Assembly (NCBI GenBank): GCA_043825875.1
Contig: JBDRRF010000065.1
Coordinates: forward strand, 1 to 64,000
DNA length: 64,000 nucleotides
From: Pseudomonadota bacterium
GTDB taxonomy: Bacteria > Desulfobacterota > Desulfobacteria > Desulfobacterales > RPRI01
Reading direction: 5' to 3'
The notes below the pieces were generated by a model, which saw nothing but the letters and a program-made list of their open reading frames with translations, did not search any database and was not told the DNA's origin. Within the stretch, counting starts at the first letter, position 1. Each line of letters begins with the position of its first letter. A program made the translations under genes and the position numbers. Shown piece after piece: positions 50,974 through 61,636 of the stretch.

Positions 50974-51315
50974 ATGAATAAATTTCTAATCTGTATTTAT
51001 CCGATTTTATTATTAGCTTTGACAGCAAACACAGCTATTGCGCTTAGATGCGGTAATGACCTGATTCGGGAAGGCGACACCACTTCTGAAGTTAGAATTA
51101 CTTTAAAAAATAATGGCGGGGAAATTATTGAAAAGTCTTATTTTACTACAAAAACAAAGATCTCCAAAAAATCAAAGAAAAAGAAATATACTTCACAAAC
51201 AATTGAGAAGTGGTTCATAAAGACACCAAGCGGGTATGGCCATCCGTATTGTTATGAATTAACATTTGAAGGCTCAGTGTTAGATAAAATCGGGTCTGGT
51301 GTTGAATGTGAGTAG
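50974..51315 (+). CDS. DUF2845-like small exported protein
   Basis: Signal peptide then LRCGNDLIREGDT..EKW..LTFEG. Confidence 0.65.
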   Translation: MNKFLICIYPILLLALTANTAIALRCGNDLIREGDTTSEVRITLKNNGGEIIEKSYFTTKTKISKKSKKKKYTSQTIEKWFIKTPSGYGHPYCYELTFEGSVLDKIGSGVECE

Positions 51316-51434
51316 ATAAAAGTTTTTTACTATTTATGAGCCTTTTATTAACTAATTACAAATTCTACGGGTTCCACTGATAATCTACCATCACATTCTT
51401 TTATCAATACTCTATATTTCCCTGCTTTTACTTC

Positions 51435-52451
51435 CTACAAAACATGAAGATCCACACCCATTTGCTTAAATATTTTGTCAATATCAACCATTGCTATTTT
51501 TTGATGTTCCTTTACTGCTTCCTGAAACCTGAACCAGTCTGTTTTTTCTTTATCTAAATCTTCTTTCCAGCAGAGTTCATCTTTAAACGTTGTAAACATC
51601 GAGAACAAGCCATCTTGAGAATCTTTAAAGCCGTTTACTTTAACATCTATTGCTTCTCCAAACCATTCGGATTCATCAAAATCACCCAGCCATGGCGCAA
51701 GAGCCTTGTATCGCTTAATACGGTCTTCACGGTAGTAATTATGAGAACCGGAAAAGCACTTTCCGATAGCCTCAATTAATTGAACACGCAGTTGGTCCCA
51801 ATCCGTACTGGCAGTCCGGCTTCTTTGTATATTATACGCACTGTACTTCATATAAATATGTTCAGCCGCCTCAAGGAAACGCTCCGTATTATCCACCTGA
51901 TCATCGACAAGTCTGGCATCTTCCCAACGGTGTGCTGGCCAATCGGGGTGATGTTCGCCATTTGCATGACCGATATCCGGTTTAATATCACGGCTTATAT
52001 CATTGAAAAAATCATACCAACCTACGAAATTTTGATGCGCCCAGGTATCTGAATAGACATGGGTTGCGATCCCTATCCGGTAAAGTCTTGTATCATCAGA
52101 TGCCTTGAAAGCCTCATCCATTCCCTTATTGGCGATCTCGTTGTTTGGAGTCGTGTTCAGCCAATGCATCTTGCCATCCCTGCGGGCAGCCTTGCTGTGC
52201 ATAGGTTCGCCCGGCACAAAATGAAATACAGGATATATTCTGAGTAGTGTATGTTTGGGTTTTAAGATGTTCATTGTTTGGGAAATATAGTTTTCATAGG
52301 TTTCATTCTTTTTACGGTCAATGATTTTAAGGCATATATCATTTTCATCTACATATTCGGCTGCCGTTGCGATAGTCTTTGCCTCTTCCTGGCTAAAGCC
52401 GGCCGCTTCTGCAATAATACCTGTGATATAATAATGAAATTCAGTATCCAT
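51435..52451 (-). CDS. His-rich hypothetical protein (DUF6765-like, possible Zn-dependent phospholipase C/P1 fold)
   Basis: FHYY, YVDE, FHF.PG, GIATH..DTWAH, GHA..HPD; AGGAGG RBS. Confidence 0.65.
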   Translation of the reverse strand: MDTEFHYYITGIIAEAAGFSQEEAKTIATAAEYVDENDICLKIIDRKKNETYENYISQTMNILKPKHTLLRIYPVFHFVPGEPMHSKAARRDGKMHWLNTTPNNEIANKGMDEAFKASDDTRLYRIGIATHVYSDTWAHQNFVGWYDFFNDISRDIKPDIGHANGEHHPDWPAHRWEDARLVDDQVDNTERFLEAAEHIYMKYSAYNIQRSRTASTDWDQLRVQLIEAIGKCFSGSHNYYREDRIKRYKALAPWLGDFDESEWFGEAIDVKVNGFKDSQDGLFSMFTTFKDELCWKEDLDKEKTDWFRFQEAVKEHQKIAMVDIDKIFKQMGVDLHVL

Positions 52452-52490
52452 GATTAATCCTCCTTATTTTATGTTAGAAAGATATATATT

Positions 52491-52841
52491 CTATTCATAC
52501 TCCTTGGGAACAGCGCATATCATCACAAAGGGTTCCGTAGCGGATGTATTTCTATACTGATGTTTTTCACCCGGAAGAACAAGTGCGAATTCCCCGGCTT
52601 TGATTTCGCGTAATGTTCCATTTTCATCAACAAGCACACCCTGCCCACTGATTGCATAATTCAGATGTTCAAAAGCATGCGTATGATAAGGTGTATGGCC
52701 ATCAGGCTCAATAGTAAACACACGGAAAGAAAAATTGGGTGAGCCGTCGTTTTTTGATATAGGAACCTGTCTGGATACATTTCTGGCTCCTTCCATGGAG
52801 ACTTTAAGCTTTTCAAGGTCTTGAAGTCTGATTGTTTTCAT
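52491..52841 (-). CDS. Cupin-domain protein
   Basis: TPYHTHAFEHLNY..G.G, PGEKHQY. Confidence 0.9.
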   Translation of the reverse strand: MKTIRLQDLEKLKVSMEGARNVSRQVPISKNDGSPNFSFRVFTIEPDGHTPYHTHAFEHLNYAISGQGVLVDENGTLREIKAGEFALVLPGEKHQYRNTSATEPFVMICAVPKEYE

Positions 52842-52873
52842 AAAGAATTTCCTTGCAATCCGGATATAGCTTG

Positions 52874-53077
52874 TTATTCGCTTTGCTCATCCATGTCATG
52901 GAGTTGTTTATCAGACCTTTTTTTAAGCACCTGCTCAACATTTTTTGCTTTTTCAAGTGCTCGTACCTGATCTGAAAGAATATGCTCTTTTGCAGTATTT
53001 TTATCTTCTCCATTAGAACATCCGCCAATCAAAAGAAATGATATGAACAATATAAATAGATACTTTTTAATCTTCAT
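52874..53077 (-). CDS. Small lipoprotein
   Basis: Lipobox IGGC; ALEKAKNVEQ helix. Confidence 0.6.
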   Translation of the reverse strand: MKIKKYLFILFISFLLIGGCSNGEDKNTAKEHILSDQVRALEKAKNVEQVLKKRSDKQLHDMDEQSE

Positions 53078-53448
53078 AATTGCCTCTTGATTTAAGAGTT
53101 GGTTTTTGTAGCGCTCCAGCCAGGTACAGAACCTGATGCCTGTTACGCAGGATATCGATCGATATGATTTGTTACACTGACAACTTGTACTGTTTTCTTG
53201 TATCAGTTACAGTTATCTTTATCAAGATATTTAAAGCAACTTAACTGTCAAAAAAAGCTATACCTGTCAAAACAAATAAATAATTGGAACCATATTATAC
53301 ACACCATCAAAAATATCAATATGTAGTCATAAATCCATCGAAACTATCACTTTGACATCCAAGTTTCTAAATTTATATTATTAAAAAACAAATTCTTGCG
53401 ACTCTTAACTATATCGCATCAGTTTTAATAAGAAAAAAACAGGAAATA

Positions 53449-54261
53449 ATGAAAAAAGAGTATATATTGTCAAAGGGCTCCGGCACAATCAATGAAGACA
53501 CTCTTGTTATGGAAACAGACCTTTATGGTGTTTTTGATGGAGCTACAAGTCTGGATAAAGCAATTTTTAGCGGCAGAAGAACCGGTGGAATTATAGCATC
53601 ATCTACCGCCAGCTCTGTTTTTTCCAAAAATCACTGCCCGCTTTTAGACCTGGCCAAAGAAGCGAACAATTCAATTCTTTATGAAATGAAATCTCATGGT
53701 GTAAATCTTTTGGCAAGAGAAAACCTATGGAGCACCAGCGCTGCTGTTGTTAGAATAAAGGATAAAAGAATGGAATGGATTCAGACCGGTGATTCTTTTA
53801 TTATCCTGATATACACCGATAATTCATACAAGGTTCTAACAAAACGTGAAGACCACGATTTTGAAACCCTTTCTATATGGAAAAAAATATCTGAAAACAG
53901 CTTGTTACTTATACATGAAACACTAAAAGATCAGATACAAAAAACCAGATGCAGTATGAACAGATCCTATGGTGTGCTTAATGGTGAAAAAGAAGCCGAA
54001 GTGTTTTTAAAATCCGGTATTGAATCATTAAAAAATGTAAAAGAAATTCTCATTTTTACGGATGGTTTGGATATTCCTGCACAAACACCGGTAAAGGAAA
54101 AAAATTTTGATATTCTTGTTGAACGATTTCTTTGCCTCGGCCTTAAAGGTTTAAAGGAACACATACGAGAAATTGAAAAAAAGGATCCAAGGTGTATAAA
54201 ATATCCCCGGTTTAAATGCCATGACGACATTGCAGCTATTTGCATCAGGCCCGATGTATAA
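53449..54261 (+). CDS. PP2C-like metal-dependent phosphatase
   Basis: NED, GVFDGAT, GDS, FTDG, HDDIAAI. Confidence 0.75.
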   Translation: MKKEYILSKGSGTINEDTLVMETDLYGVFDGATSLDKAIFSGRRTGGIIASSTASSVFSKNHCPLLDLAKEANNSILYEMKSHGVNLLARENLWSTSAAVVRIKDKRMEWIQTGDSFIILIYTDNSYKVLTKREDHDFETLSIWKKISENSLLLIHETLKDQIQKTRCSMNRSYGVLNGEKEAEVFLKSGIESLKNVKEILIFTDGLDIPAQTPVKEKNFDILVERFLCLGLKGLKEHIREIEKKDPRCIKYPRFKCHDDIAAICIRPDV

Positions 54262-54448
54262 TTCTTTCTTTTTTGTTTTTCTTATCAAACTACGAAAAGT
54301 TATAATCGTTTTTTGGCTACCCGGCTATATCGCTTTTATGATAACCGGAATCCCACCCCACCATAATTTGTTGTCTTTATTTCATTGACATACAAGGCGG
54401 CTTTTCTTATACTTTTTCTAAATATAACAGATTGAAAGGAGAGGAATT

Positions 54449-54754
54449 ATGAATGATTTGCACGAAATTTTGACCGAGTTTAAGAAAGATTTTCCGCAAG
54501 TTTATGCCGATTACGAAAAGCTGGGTAAAGAAATCCATCTTAATTCCGGCCCCCTTTCCGAGAATACGCGCTGGTTGTTAAAAGTTGCGATATCCGCCGC
54601 CAGCCATCGTTTGATTGCCTTGGAAACTCATATCATAAAGGCAAAAAATGCAGGGGTTACAGACGAAGAACTTAAACATGCTCTGCTCATGTTGATTCCT
54701 ACTACCGGTTTTCCTGCATTTATGGAAGCCTATACAGTATTAAAGAAAATATGA
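54449..54754 (+). CDS. Carboxymuconolactone decarboxylase (CMD/AhpD-like) family protein, no Cys
   Basis: GPL..TRWLL..ISAA, H..KA..AG.T.EE, TTGFP. Confidence 0.8.
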   Translation: MNDLHEILTEFKKDFPQVYADYEKLGKEIHLNSGPLSENTRWLLKVAISAASHRLIALETHIIKAKNAGVTDEELKHALLMLIPTTGFPAFMEAYTVLKKI

Positions 54755-54832
54755 ATCACTCCTGAGTCTTATCCACATTCAAATCTCAGGCATTAATTTT
54801 TTAACTCTAAACCATCTATATCAGGACTAGGT

Positions 54833-55270
54833 ATGACAATTTTTAATAAGATAGAATCCAGTGAATTATTTATGGGGAAAATAAGTAACGGCGGTGACCT
54901 GTTGGAAGAAATCACTGATATTTGTTGCAAGAAGTCCATAACGCTTGGACGTGTAGAAGCCATAGGTGCTGTACAAAAGGCACGCCTTGCATTTTACAAT
55001 CAGCAAACCCGTGAATATCAATTTATTACAATAGATCAACCACTGGAAATAACTAAACTGGTGGGCAATATTTCACTTAAAGACGGGGAACCGGTTGTTC
55101 ATGCCCATATCACTTTAGCGGACAAGACAGGACAAGCCTATGGCGGGCATCTTGCTCCGGGAACAGTGGTTTTCGCATGTGAATTTATAATGGAAGTTTT
55201 TACAGGACAGGTTTTTGAGAGAAAGCTTGATAAACTAACCGGCTTGCATTTGTGGGAAATACGAAAGTAA
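54833..55270 (+). CDS. PPC/DUF296 domain protein
   Basis: AIGAV, EI..LVGNIS, HAHITL, YGGHL. Confidence 0.88.
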   Translation: MTIFNKIESSELFMGKISNGGDLLEEITDICCKKSITLGRVEAIGAVQKARLAFYNQQTREYQFITIDQPLEITKLVGNISLKDGEPVVHAHITLADKTGQAYGGHLAPGTVVFACEFIMEVFTGQVFERKLDKLTGLHLWEIRK

Positions 55271-55276
55271 AAGCAA

Positions 55277-56191
55277 ATGAGCAAAGAAGCTTTAGGAATC
55301 CTGGAGAATTTTTCTGCAATCTGGAATTTCACGGTTTTGTCAATAGACAGTCATTCTATCACTATTGGAAAATTGGTGATCGCAATAGCTGTTTTTATTG
55401 CAGGAATTATAGCCGTCAGAATCCTGAATAAAACTATAGGAAACCGTATCTTCAGCAAATTCCGGTTCAAGGAGACCACAACCTCAGCCATTCAGAAAAT
55501 GTTCAACTACTTTGCCTATCTTTTGGTTTTGCTTTTTGCTCTTCGTATGCTCAACATCCCCCTCACAGCCTTTGCTTTCTTGGGTGGCGCCATTGCCATA
55601 GGTGTTGGCTTCGGAGCCCAAACACTGATTAACAATTTCATCAGCGGTTTCATTATTATGGCGGAACAGCCAATTGCTATAGGCAACCTAATTGATGTTG
55701 ACGGAGTTTTGGGCCAAGTTGAGGAAATCGGAGCCAGGTGTACACGCATCCGAACAGGAGAAAACATTCATATATTGATACCAAACAGCGTTTTTCTGGA
55801 AAAAAACATAACTAACTGGACTTTATCAGATCAGAAAATCAGGGCAAAGGTTGTTCTGGGTGTTATCTACGGTTCTCCTGTAAAGGAAGTAGAAAGACTT
55901 CTGTTAAAAGCCGTAAAAGAAAATGATAAAGTTCTACAGGATATAGAACCATTTGTTGTTTTTACCGATTTTGGAGATAATGCTTTAATTTTCGAGGTTC
56001 ACTTCTGGATAAGTATTCGCCGCATTATAGATCGACGCCTCATTGAAAGCAGCATAAGGTTTCGCATTGATGCTCTTTTCCGTGAGGCAGGCATTGTAAT
56101 TGCCTTCCCCCAACGTGATGTTCATCTTGATACGCTAAAGCCACTGGAATTTCGATTTTTAAACGGTAAGCAGCTTCCGGAAGAAAAGTAA
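55277..56191 (+). CDS. MscS-family small-conductance mechanosensitive channel
   Basis: GVGFGAQTLINNFISG, G.VEEIG.R.T, IPNS, NWT, IAFPQRDVH. Confidence 0.92.
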   Translation: MSKEALGILENFSAIWNFTVLSIDSHSITIGKLVIAIAVFIAGIIAVRILNKTIGNRIFSKFRFKETTTSAIQKMFNYFAYLLVLLFALRMLNIPLTAFAFLGGAIAIGVGFGAQTLINNFISGFIIMAEQPIAIGNLIDVDGVLGQVEEIGARCTRIRTGENIHILIPNSVFLEKNITNWTLSDQKIRAKVVLGVIYGSPVKEVERLLLKAVKENDKVLQDIEPFVVFTDFGDNALIFEVHFWISIRRIIDRRLIESSIRFRIDALFREAGIVIAFPQRDVHLDTLKPLEFRFLNGKQLPEEK

Positions 56192-56271
56192 GAGATGCCA
56201 CTATAAATTCAACGATTCGTATACGCACTTATAACCAAACGCATTTTAATTTAAAACAATTACTGCATCTT

Positions 56272-56739
56272 TCATTTCTTTTGCCATATTTCATCAAACA
56301 TATTGCCTTGCTTTACAATATCCAAATGCAAGGTATTATCAGAAGAATATATAGTTCCTCTCAAGCTATACACTTTTCCCAAAATCTTCTTTTTCAGCAG
56401 AGGACGGATCAACTTGTCCGGGCCGATAAGCTTTAGTTCAGGTGGAAACAGATTATTAATAATGGAGTAACCGTGCTCCGTACCGTTTATGTTCCTTACT
56501 ATTTCAATCTTAAAATACGTTTTTTTATTAAGAATTTTAATAGTGATTACATCTCCCTGCGGACGTTTGTTTGCAGGATAAAAGGTTCCGACAAGCAATA
56601 TTGTTGGATTTACCTTGATTTGGGGTAAGGGGAATCTGTTGAAGTCATGGCCGCATTGCCCATCGGGAATAAAGTATAAGCATATTGATAAAAGCACTAA
56701 GACGGAACTCATGAATTTATTCGCAGATTTCATAATCAC
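56272..56739 (-). CDS. Hypothetical exported protein
   Basis: AAGGAG RBS, signal-peptide-like N-terminus. Confidence 0.55.
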   Translation of the reverse strand: MIMKSANKFMSSVLVLLSICLYFIPDGQCGHDFNRFPLPQIKVNPTILLVGTFYPANKRPQGDVITIKILNKKTYFKIEIVRNINGTEHGYSIINNLFPPELKLIGPDKLIRPLLKKKILGKVYSLRGTIYSSDNTLHLDIVKQGNMFDEIWQKK

Positions 56740-56775
56740 TCTCCTTATTTGTTTGGTTGTGAAAATGAAAAAGAT

Positions 56776-57582
56776 TTATGCCCTTGGCTGATAGTGCCTT
56801 TTAAGCCAGGAAGCCAGACCATCCAGTCCGGGAAAAAGCATTCTTTCAGTAATATTTGCCTGATCCAGTTTGTCTCTTATTTCCCATTTAAGCTCTTTTG
56901 GAATTATGATACGCCTGAAAAGCTTTGGGTGTTTGATTAACCAATCTTCCATGCTTGCAACCGGGCTTGACATGAAAGAAAACAGCGCAAACTGGTTAAC
57001 TATCCGCGCATCTATGGATGGCGGCTCAAAAAAGGCGACAAGCATTTCAGATGACAGATTGTCAAAACTATGGACATCAGGCAGCGCTTTCTCCAGCATT
57101 CCGATTGTTAAGGCATTTGCATTTGCTGCCGAAAGCTGGCCGCTCAAGGGCTCAGGAAGAAGGCGGTTTGCTTCTACAAAATCAACTTTCCATATAACAC
57201 CATCTGCATCATATTTGCCGGTTTCTAACGTTGCATAGTGCATAGCAACAAAAGGCGAATATGTCCAATCAAGAAGTCTTGTCGGCAGGCCATGATGCTG
57301 AGCAAGAGTCATCCAACTCCAATGAGAATCTCCTATATCAACATCATCAAGCCTGGCATATTTCCTGAAATTTCTTAGCAGATGATATTCCAGTTGGGTC
57401 GAATTACAGCAATTGCGCGAGAAACTTGTGAGCAGTTTATAATTTTTGTCGGATAGTCCCCTGAACGCATAATTGGATCTAAAACGTAAAATATCTTTCT
57501 GCCAAGAGCCTTCGTAAACCCGTTCACATAAATCGGCCCAGGACTTTATTACCACATCATTTTGTTCAATCAGATTCGTCAT
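56776..57582 (-). CDS. FRG-domain protein
   Basis: FRG motif, AQHHGLPTRLLDWT.SP.VA, RI.NQ..LF, LFPGLDG. Confidence 0.9.
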   Translation of the reverse strand: MTNLIEQNDVVIKSWADLCERVYEGSWQKDILRFRSNYAFRGLSDKNYKLLTSFSRNCCNSTQLEYHLLRNFRKYARLDDVDIGDSHWSWMTLAQHHGLPTRLLDWTYSPFVAMHYATLETGKYDADGVIWKVDFVEANRLLPEPLSGQLSAANANALTIGMLEKALPDVHSFDNLSSEMLVAFFEPPSIDARIVNQFALFSFMSSPVASMEDWLIKHPKLFRRIIIPKELKWEIRDKLDQANITERMLFPGLDGLASWLKRHYQPRA

Positions 57583-57682
57583 TTGTTCCTCATCAAAAGG
57601 TGTTCATGCAGCCACAGCCTTAGCTATTAACCAGAAGAGAAGCATTAAATTCTTTTGTATTAACACTGAGATTTAAAGTTTC

Positions 57683-58171
57683 TCATTTCAAACGTAAAAA
57701 TGAAACAACGAAAATCAAATATCCTGATCCGGTCAAAATTAATCCCGATCTTATACTTCCCTGGCTTAAAAACCCCAATGCAGAAGCAATAACATGGATT
57801 AAGCCATAGAAAGAAAGAAATTGTAAAATCGACGGATTTATAAAAAAATAATCAAAATAGTCGAGAATAGCAAATATAAATAAAAAAAGTGCCACAACAG
57901 TAAGTAACCAATGAGGATAAAATAAGCCCAAAATATCAAAACCCGAATTCCAGGCTGAGCCAGTAAGATTTAGCTTTGCACCAAGTTTCATTGCGGAAAG
58001 ATCATGATCTGTAATAATCCGATTACATAAACCGGGATGCTCCATGTTGGACATAAATTGCCTGGTGTAATGATATTTAATGGTGCCCCAAGGCATAAAA
58101 CTCGCGACAATAATTATCAGAAATGAAGACGTTATAACCCATGGCCACAGTTTTGTTTTTTCAATTGGCAT
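57683..58171 (-). CDS. Hypothetical membrane protein
   Basis: Four hydrophobic segments; FMPWG and AWN motifs. Confidence 0.6.
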   Translation of the reverse strand: MPIEKTKLWPWVITSSFLIIIVASFMPWGTIKYHYTRQFMSNMEHPGLCNRIITDHDLSAMKLGAKLNLTGSAWNSGFDILGLFYPHWLLTVVALFLFIFAILDYFDYFFINPSILQFLSFYGLIHVIASALGFLSQGSIRSGLILTGSGYLIFVVSFLRLK

Positions 58172-58227
58172 AAATTTCTTAATCGGAGCTGTTATTTTAT
58201 AACTTCTTTGAGAATGCTTTATTTAAA

Positions 58228-58818
58228 TTACTGTTGAGTATTCATACTCTTTAGATCAATATCACTCTTGCCCATGGAAACCAGTGCTTTTAGTGTTTCA
58301 TTAACAGGCATTGCAAGCGGTTTAACTAATTTTTCATCCATTACTATCAGGCGTCCTGATGTTGGATTCGGAACACCCGGTATAAAAATTACTAATTTTG
58401 TGTTTCCTTTATCATCGGTTATCCTATTTGTGACAAGTCCAAGCTCCTCTGATTGTATGTCTCTGCTCGGAACCAATACAGCCTCATGAAATATGGCATC
58501 CTCTCCTTTTCCATAACCCAATATCTGTTTAAGCGTTTGATATAAGCGGCCCAATGCGGGCATTTTATCCAACACGCTATCAACCCGGTTCCATATCCAT
58601 TTGCCTATAAAAGTAGTAAGCGCAAATCCAATCAAATAAATAAGAATAACTGCGGCAATAAGCCCGAAACCCGGAAAATAGAAAGGCAATTTCGAAAGCC
58701 CTGAACTTGAAATCGTTGATTCCAGATAACCAACGGTAATAATTAAACCACCCACAGGTAATATGGCTACGATTCCTGCCAGAAGACTACTTGTAATATG
58801 TTTGCGTAATTTATTCAT
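58228..58818 (-). CDS. DUF502 family membrane protein
   Basis: Two TMs, P..LY..LKQ, FIP..PNPTSG, LVSMG. Confidence 0.85.
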   Translation of the reverse strand: MNKLRKHITSSLLAGIVAILPVGGLIITVGYLESTISSSGLSKLPFYFPGFGLIAAVILIYLIGFALTTFIGKWIWNRVDSVLDKMPALGRLYQTLKQILGYGKGEDAIFHEAVLVPSRDIQSEELGLVTNRITDDKGNTKLVIFIPGVPNPTSGRLIVMDEKLVKPLAMPVNETLKALVSMGKSDIDLKSMNTQQ

Positions 58819-58915
58819 TGTATTATTTTCCCGATTCTATCCCAGCGTATCTTTTAGTTTATCTTTATCCCATGACCAATAAATACTACAGGCTTTGCCC
58901 TTCACATCCGATTTT

Positions 58916-61144
58916 TCACGTCAACAAGGGAATTACGGTCTTTTTGACATACTGGAACATAAAAGGCTTTTCGATGGCTGAACAGAAACCAAACTCTTTA
59001 TATCTTGCCATTATTGGATCATTGGAATATCCACTCGATACAATTACTTTGGCATCAGGGTTTATTTCAAGTATTTTCTTAACCGTATCTTTCCCCCCCA
59101 TGCCACCGGGAATAGTCAAATCCAGGATAACAAGATTAATGGGGGACTGAGAATGATATGAATCTGCATAGAACTTTACCGCTTCAGCGCCGTCTTTTGC
59201 CAGGATAACATCGAAACCCATTTTGATAAGCATGGCTTTTATAATATTTCTCACTATTTCTTCGTCATCCATAACCAGAACCTTTTGATGCTCGATCGAT
59301 GAAGCGGTTTCTGTTTCTACAATGCCTTCCTTCCGAAGCTGCTGACAAGATGACGCCGGCAGCAAAATGGTGAATGTCGAACCTTCGCCCTGTATTGAAC
59401 TTGCTGTAATACTACCATGGTGTTTGCTAATAATAGACTGGCATATTGACAAACCAAGACCGCTTCCTGCGCTCTTGGTTGAAAAATAAGGGTCAAATAT
59501 CTGGTCAATGTGTGTTGCGGGAATTCCACAGCCGGTATCTATAATTTGTATCTTAACGTGCTTTCCATGGGGGCTTAAAGGGTCTTGAATATTTTTGGTG
59601 GAAAAAATGTTTTCACAAAGAATACGGATTGTGCCACCGTTCGGCATAGCATGATTTGCATTTAAAACAATATTTTGAATAACCTGACTTATCTGGCCCT
59701 TATCAATACTAACAAGAAACAAATCTTCAGGAATATGGAATTCACAAAAAGTCTTTCCGCCATGTAAAATAAAGCCGGCGGAATCCTGTATTACTTCCTT
59801 GAGAGAAGAAGTCTTTTTGATAGGCTCCCCTCCTTTGGAGAATGTGAGCAGTTGATTGGTAAGATCCTTTGCACGAACACATGCCTTATTAGCTTCATTT
59901 AGGATATCCTGCGTTTCAGAATTGATGCTTTTGTCGAATAATGCCAGACTGATGTTGCCAAGAATACCTGTTAAAATATTATTGAAATCATGCGCAATCC
60001 CTCCGGCCAGAACGCCAATGGATTCAAGCTTTTTAACCTTTAATCTGTTTTCTGCATCTATTTTGCGGGCTTCTATATCACGAACAACCGCAATTATATA
60101 ATGCCCCCCTTCAATTTCGGCATATTTTAGTACAATCTCAACCCAGAAAAGTTTTTGATTTTTTCTTTTTGCCCGCCACTCGTAGATTTGTGGACCATGC
60201 ATAATTGCAGCTTGCAACTTCTCATCAACTTCCTCTTGGGAATAGGAAGAAGTGCCTTCGATAAGATCTCCAATATTTAAGTTTGTGGTTTCCTCAAGGG
60301 AATATCCGTATATTTCAAGCATTGTTTGGTTGACTTCAAGAATTTTACCGGTTGCTGCTTCAAGGATTAACATCGCGTCGGTGGTGGAGTTAAAAATTTC
60401 CTGATACTTTTGCTCAGTTAGTTTTCGTTCTTGAATTTGTCTGGCAAGATGGATATTGGTTTCATGTAATTCTTTTGTCCTGTTTGCTACTGTGTTTTCG
60501 AGGTTTTCCTGATGTTTTCTTAGCTCATTTTCTGCCTTTTCCCGGATTTTAATTTCTTTTTCTTTTTCCAGGTTAGCTATAATAGTTTGAATAAATGCGG
60601 TTTGTATTTGTTTAGAGATAAGTAGTGTGCAGAAAAAAAATATCAAGAGCATAAAACCCATGGCATTTGTAATATCGGTTCCGATGAAAAACAGCCTGGC
60701 GGTAAGAGGAGCTAAGGCTGGGATACTGAAGGCAAGAAAAGCTTTTTGTAGTACGGCAGAAGTTACAGAGGCTCCAACAACCATCCCGCCAACAACGAAA
60801 GCAATAAATATTTGATGGGCAAGAGAACTTTTCGGGAACAAAAAAATGGGAAGCATGCCCCAAACTATACCCGTTAGTGCCAGGCCAAGGAAATAAATAC
60901 GACCATTTCTTATAGCTTGGGAATAACCGGCTGTTGATGCAAAGCGTGCGTAAATGCTTCTGGCCGTGGTAATTAAAACAAGTACCGCAAACCAAATTAA
61001 TAGTTTTGTAGAAGATACTACGTTTCTAAGGATATAAATAACAACAATTGAATTTAGAAGGTTGGCTAATAATATTGAGCGAAAGTTAGCATTCGCCTGT
61101 TCTACCAGTCTAATATACAGTTTTTCTTTATTGGTATTTTCCAT
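58916..61144 (-). CDS. Hybrid sensor kinase (multi-TM sensor, PAS, HisKA, HATPase, REC); start uncertain
   Basis: LAGGIAHDFNN, NANHAM, DTGCG, FDPYFSTK, GLGL, MDDE..LDLTIPGG. Confidence 0.92.
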   Translation of the reverse strand: MENTNKEKLYIRLVEQANANFRSILLANLLNSIVVIYILRNVVSSTKLLIWFAVLVLITTARSIYARFASTAGYSQAIRNGRIYFLGLALTGIVWGMLPIFLFPKSSLAHQIFIAFVVGGMVVGASVTSAVLQKAFLAFSIPALAPLTARLFFIGTDITNAMGFMLLIFFFCTLLISKQIQTAFIQTIIANLEKEKEIKIREKAENELRKHQENLENTVANRTKELHETNIHLARQIQERKLTEQKYQEIFNSTTDAMLILEAATGKILEVNQTMLEIYGYSLEETTNLNIGDLIEGTSSYSQEEVDEKLQAAIMHGPQIYEWRAKRKNQKLFWVEIVLKYAEIEGGHYIIAVVRDIEARKIDAENRLKVKKLESIGVLAGGIAHDFNNILTGILGNISLALFDKSINSETQDILNEANKACVRAKDLTNQLLTFSKGGEPIKKTSSLKEVIQDSAGFILHGGKTFCEFHIPEDLFLVSIDKGQISQVIQNIVLNANHAMPNGGTIRILCENIFSTKNIQDPLSPHGKHVKIQIIDTGCGIPATHIDQIFDPYFSTKSAGSGLGLSICQSIISKHHGSITASSIQGEGSTFTILLPASSCQQLRKEGIVETETASSIEHQKVLVMDDEEIVRNIIKAMLIKMGFDVILAKDGAEAVKFYADSYHSQSPINLVILDLTIPGGMGGKDTVKKILEINPDAKVIVSSGYSNDPIMARYKEFGFCSAIEKPFMFQYVKKTVIPLLT

Positions 61145-61309
61145 AACATCTATCATAAATAAAAAAAATTTAGTCCTTGTTGATGTTATCCGATTTTCAG
61201 GCTGCCCTGGATATCTAAAATAATTTTCATTATCATCTTGAAGCAACCCTGATTATTTATCCAATAAACGATATTTTTTTACGCAATATTTTCAGTCTGA
61301 TTAAGCAAT

Positions 61310-61636
61310 TTACTTGTTATTGCTGCTAAATTCAATGACATTCCCTTTTTTGCTTTTATCCTGTTTAATATCTTTTACTTTAGACAATAAGTGAGGAGAC
61401 ACAGTCCATTTCTGGCCTGAATCAGTAATTACCGTTACCGATTTCTTATTGTATTTAACCAAAGTTCCTATAAAACGACCGCGGCCCGGCGGCTCAAAGC
61501 TTACCTGTTCGCCAATACTAAATCTCAGCATCTCTTTATGATGGTGCATAGATTCCAGAAATTTTAAACGCTCGACTATCCTATGGTTTAAATCTATCAA
61601 TTCTTCTTCTGTGAATTTATCTATATCGATCTTCAT
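61310..61636 (-). CDS. Small hypothetical protein (helix plus SH3/KOW-like strands)
   Basis: GAGGA RBS; its 5' end is duplicated as a pseudogene at 62942-62993. Confidence 0.7.
   Translation of the reverse strand: MKIDIDKFTEEELIDLNHRIVERLKFLESMHHHKEMLRFSIGEQVSFEPPGRGRFIGTLVKYNKKSVTVITDSGQKWTVSPHLLSKVKDIKQDKSKKGNVIEFSSNNK

Noticed and set aside
53090..53200. GC-richer patch upstream of the small lipoprotein, possible gene remnant
   Set aside because: No recognisable protein motif in any frame
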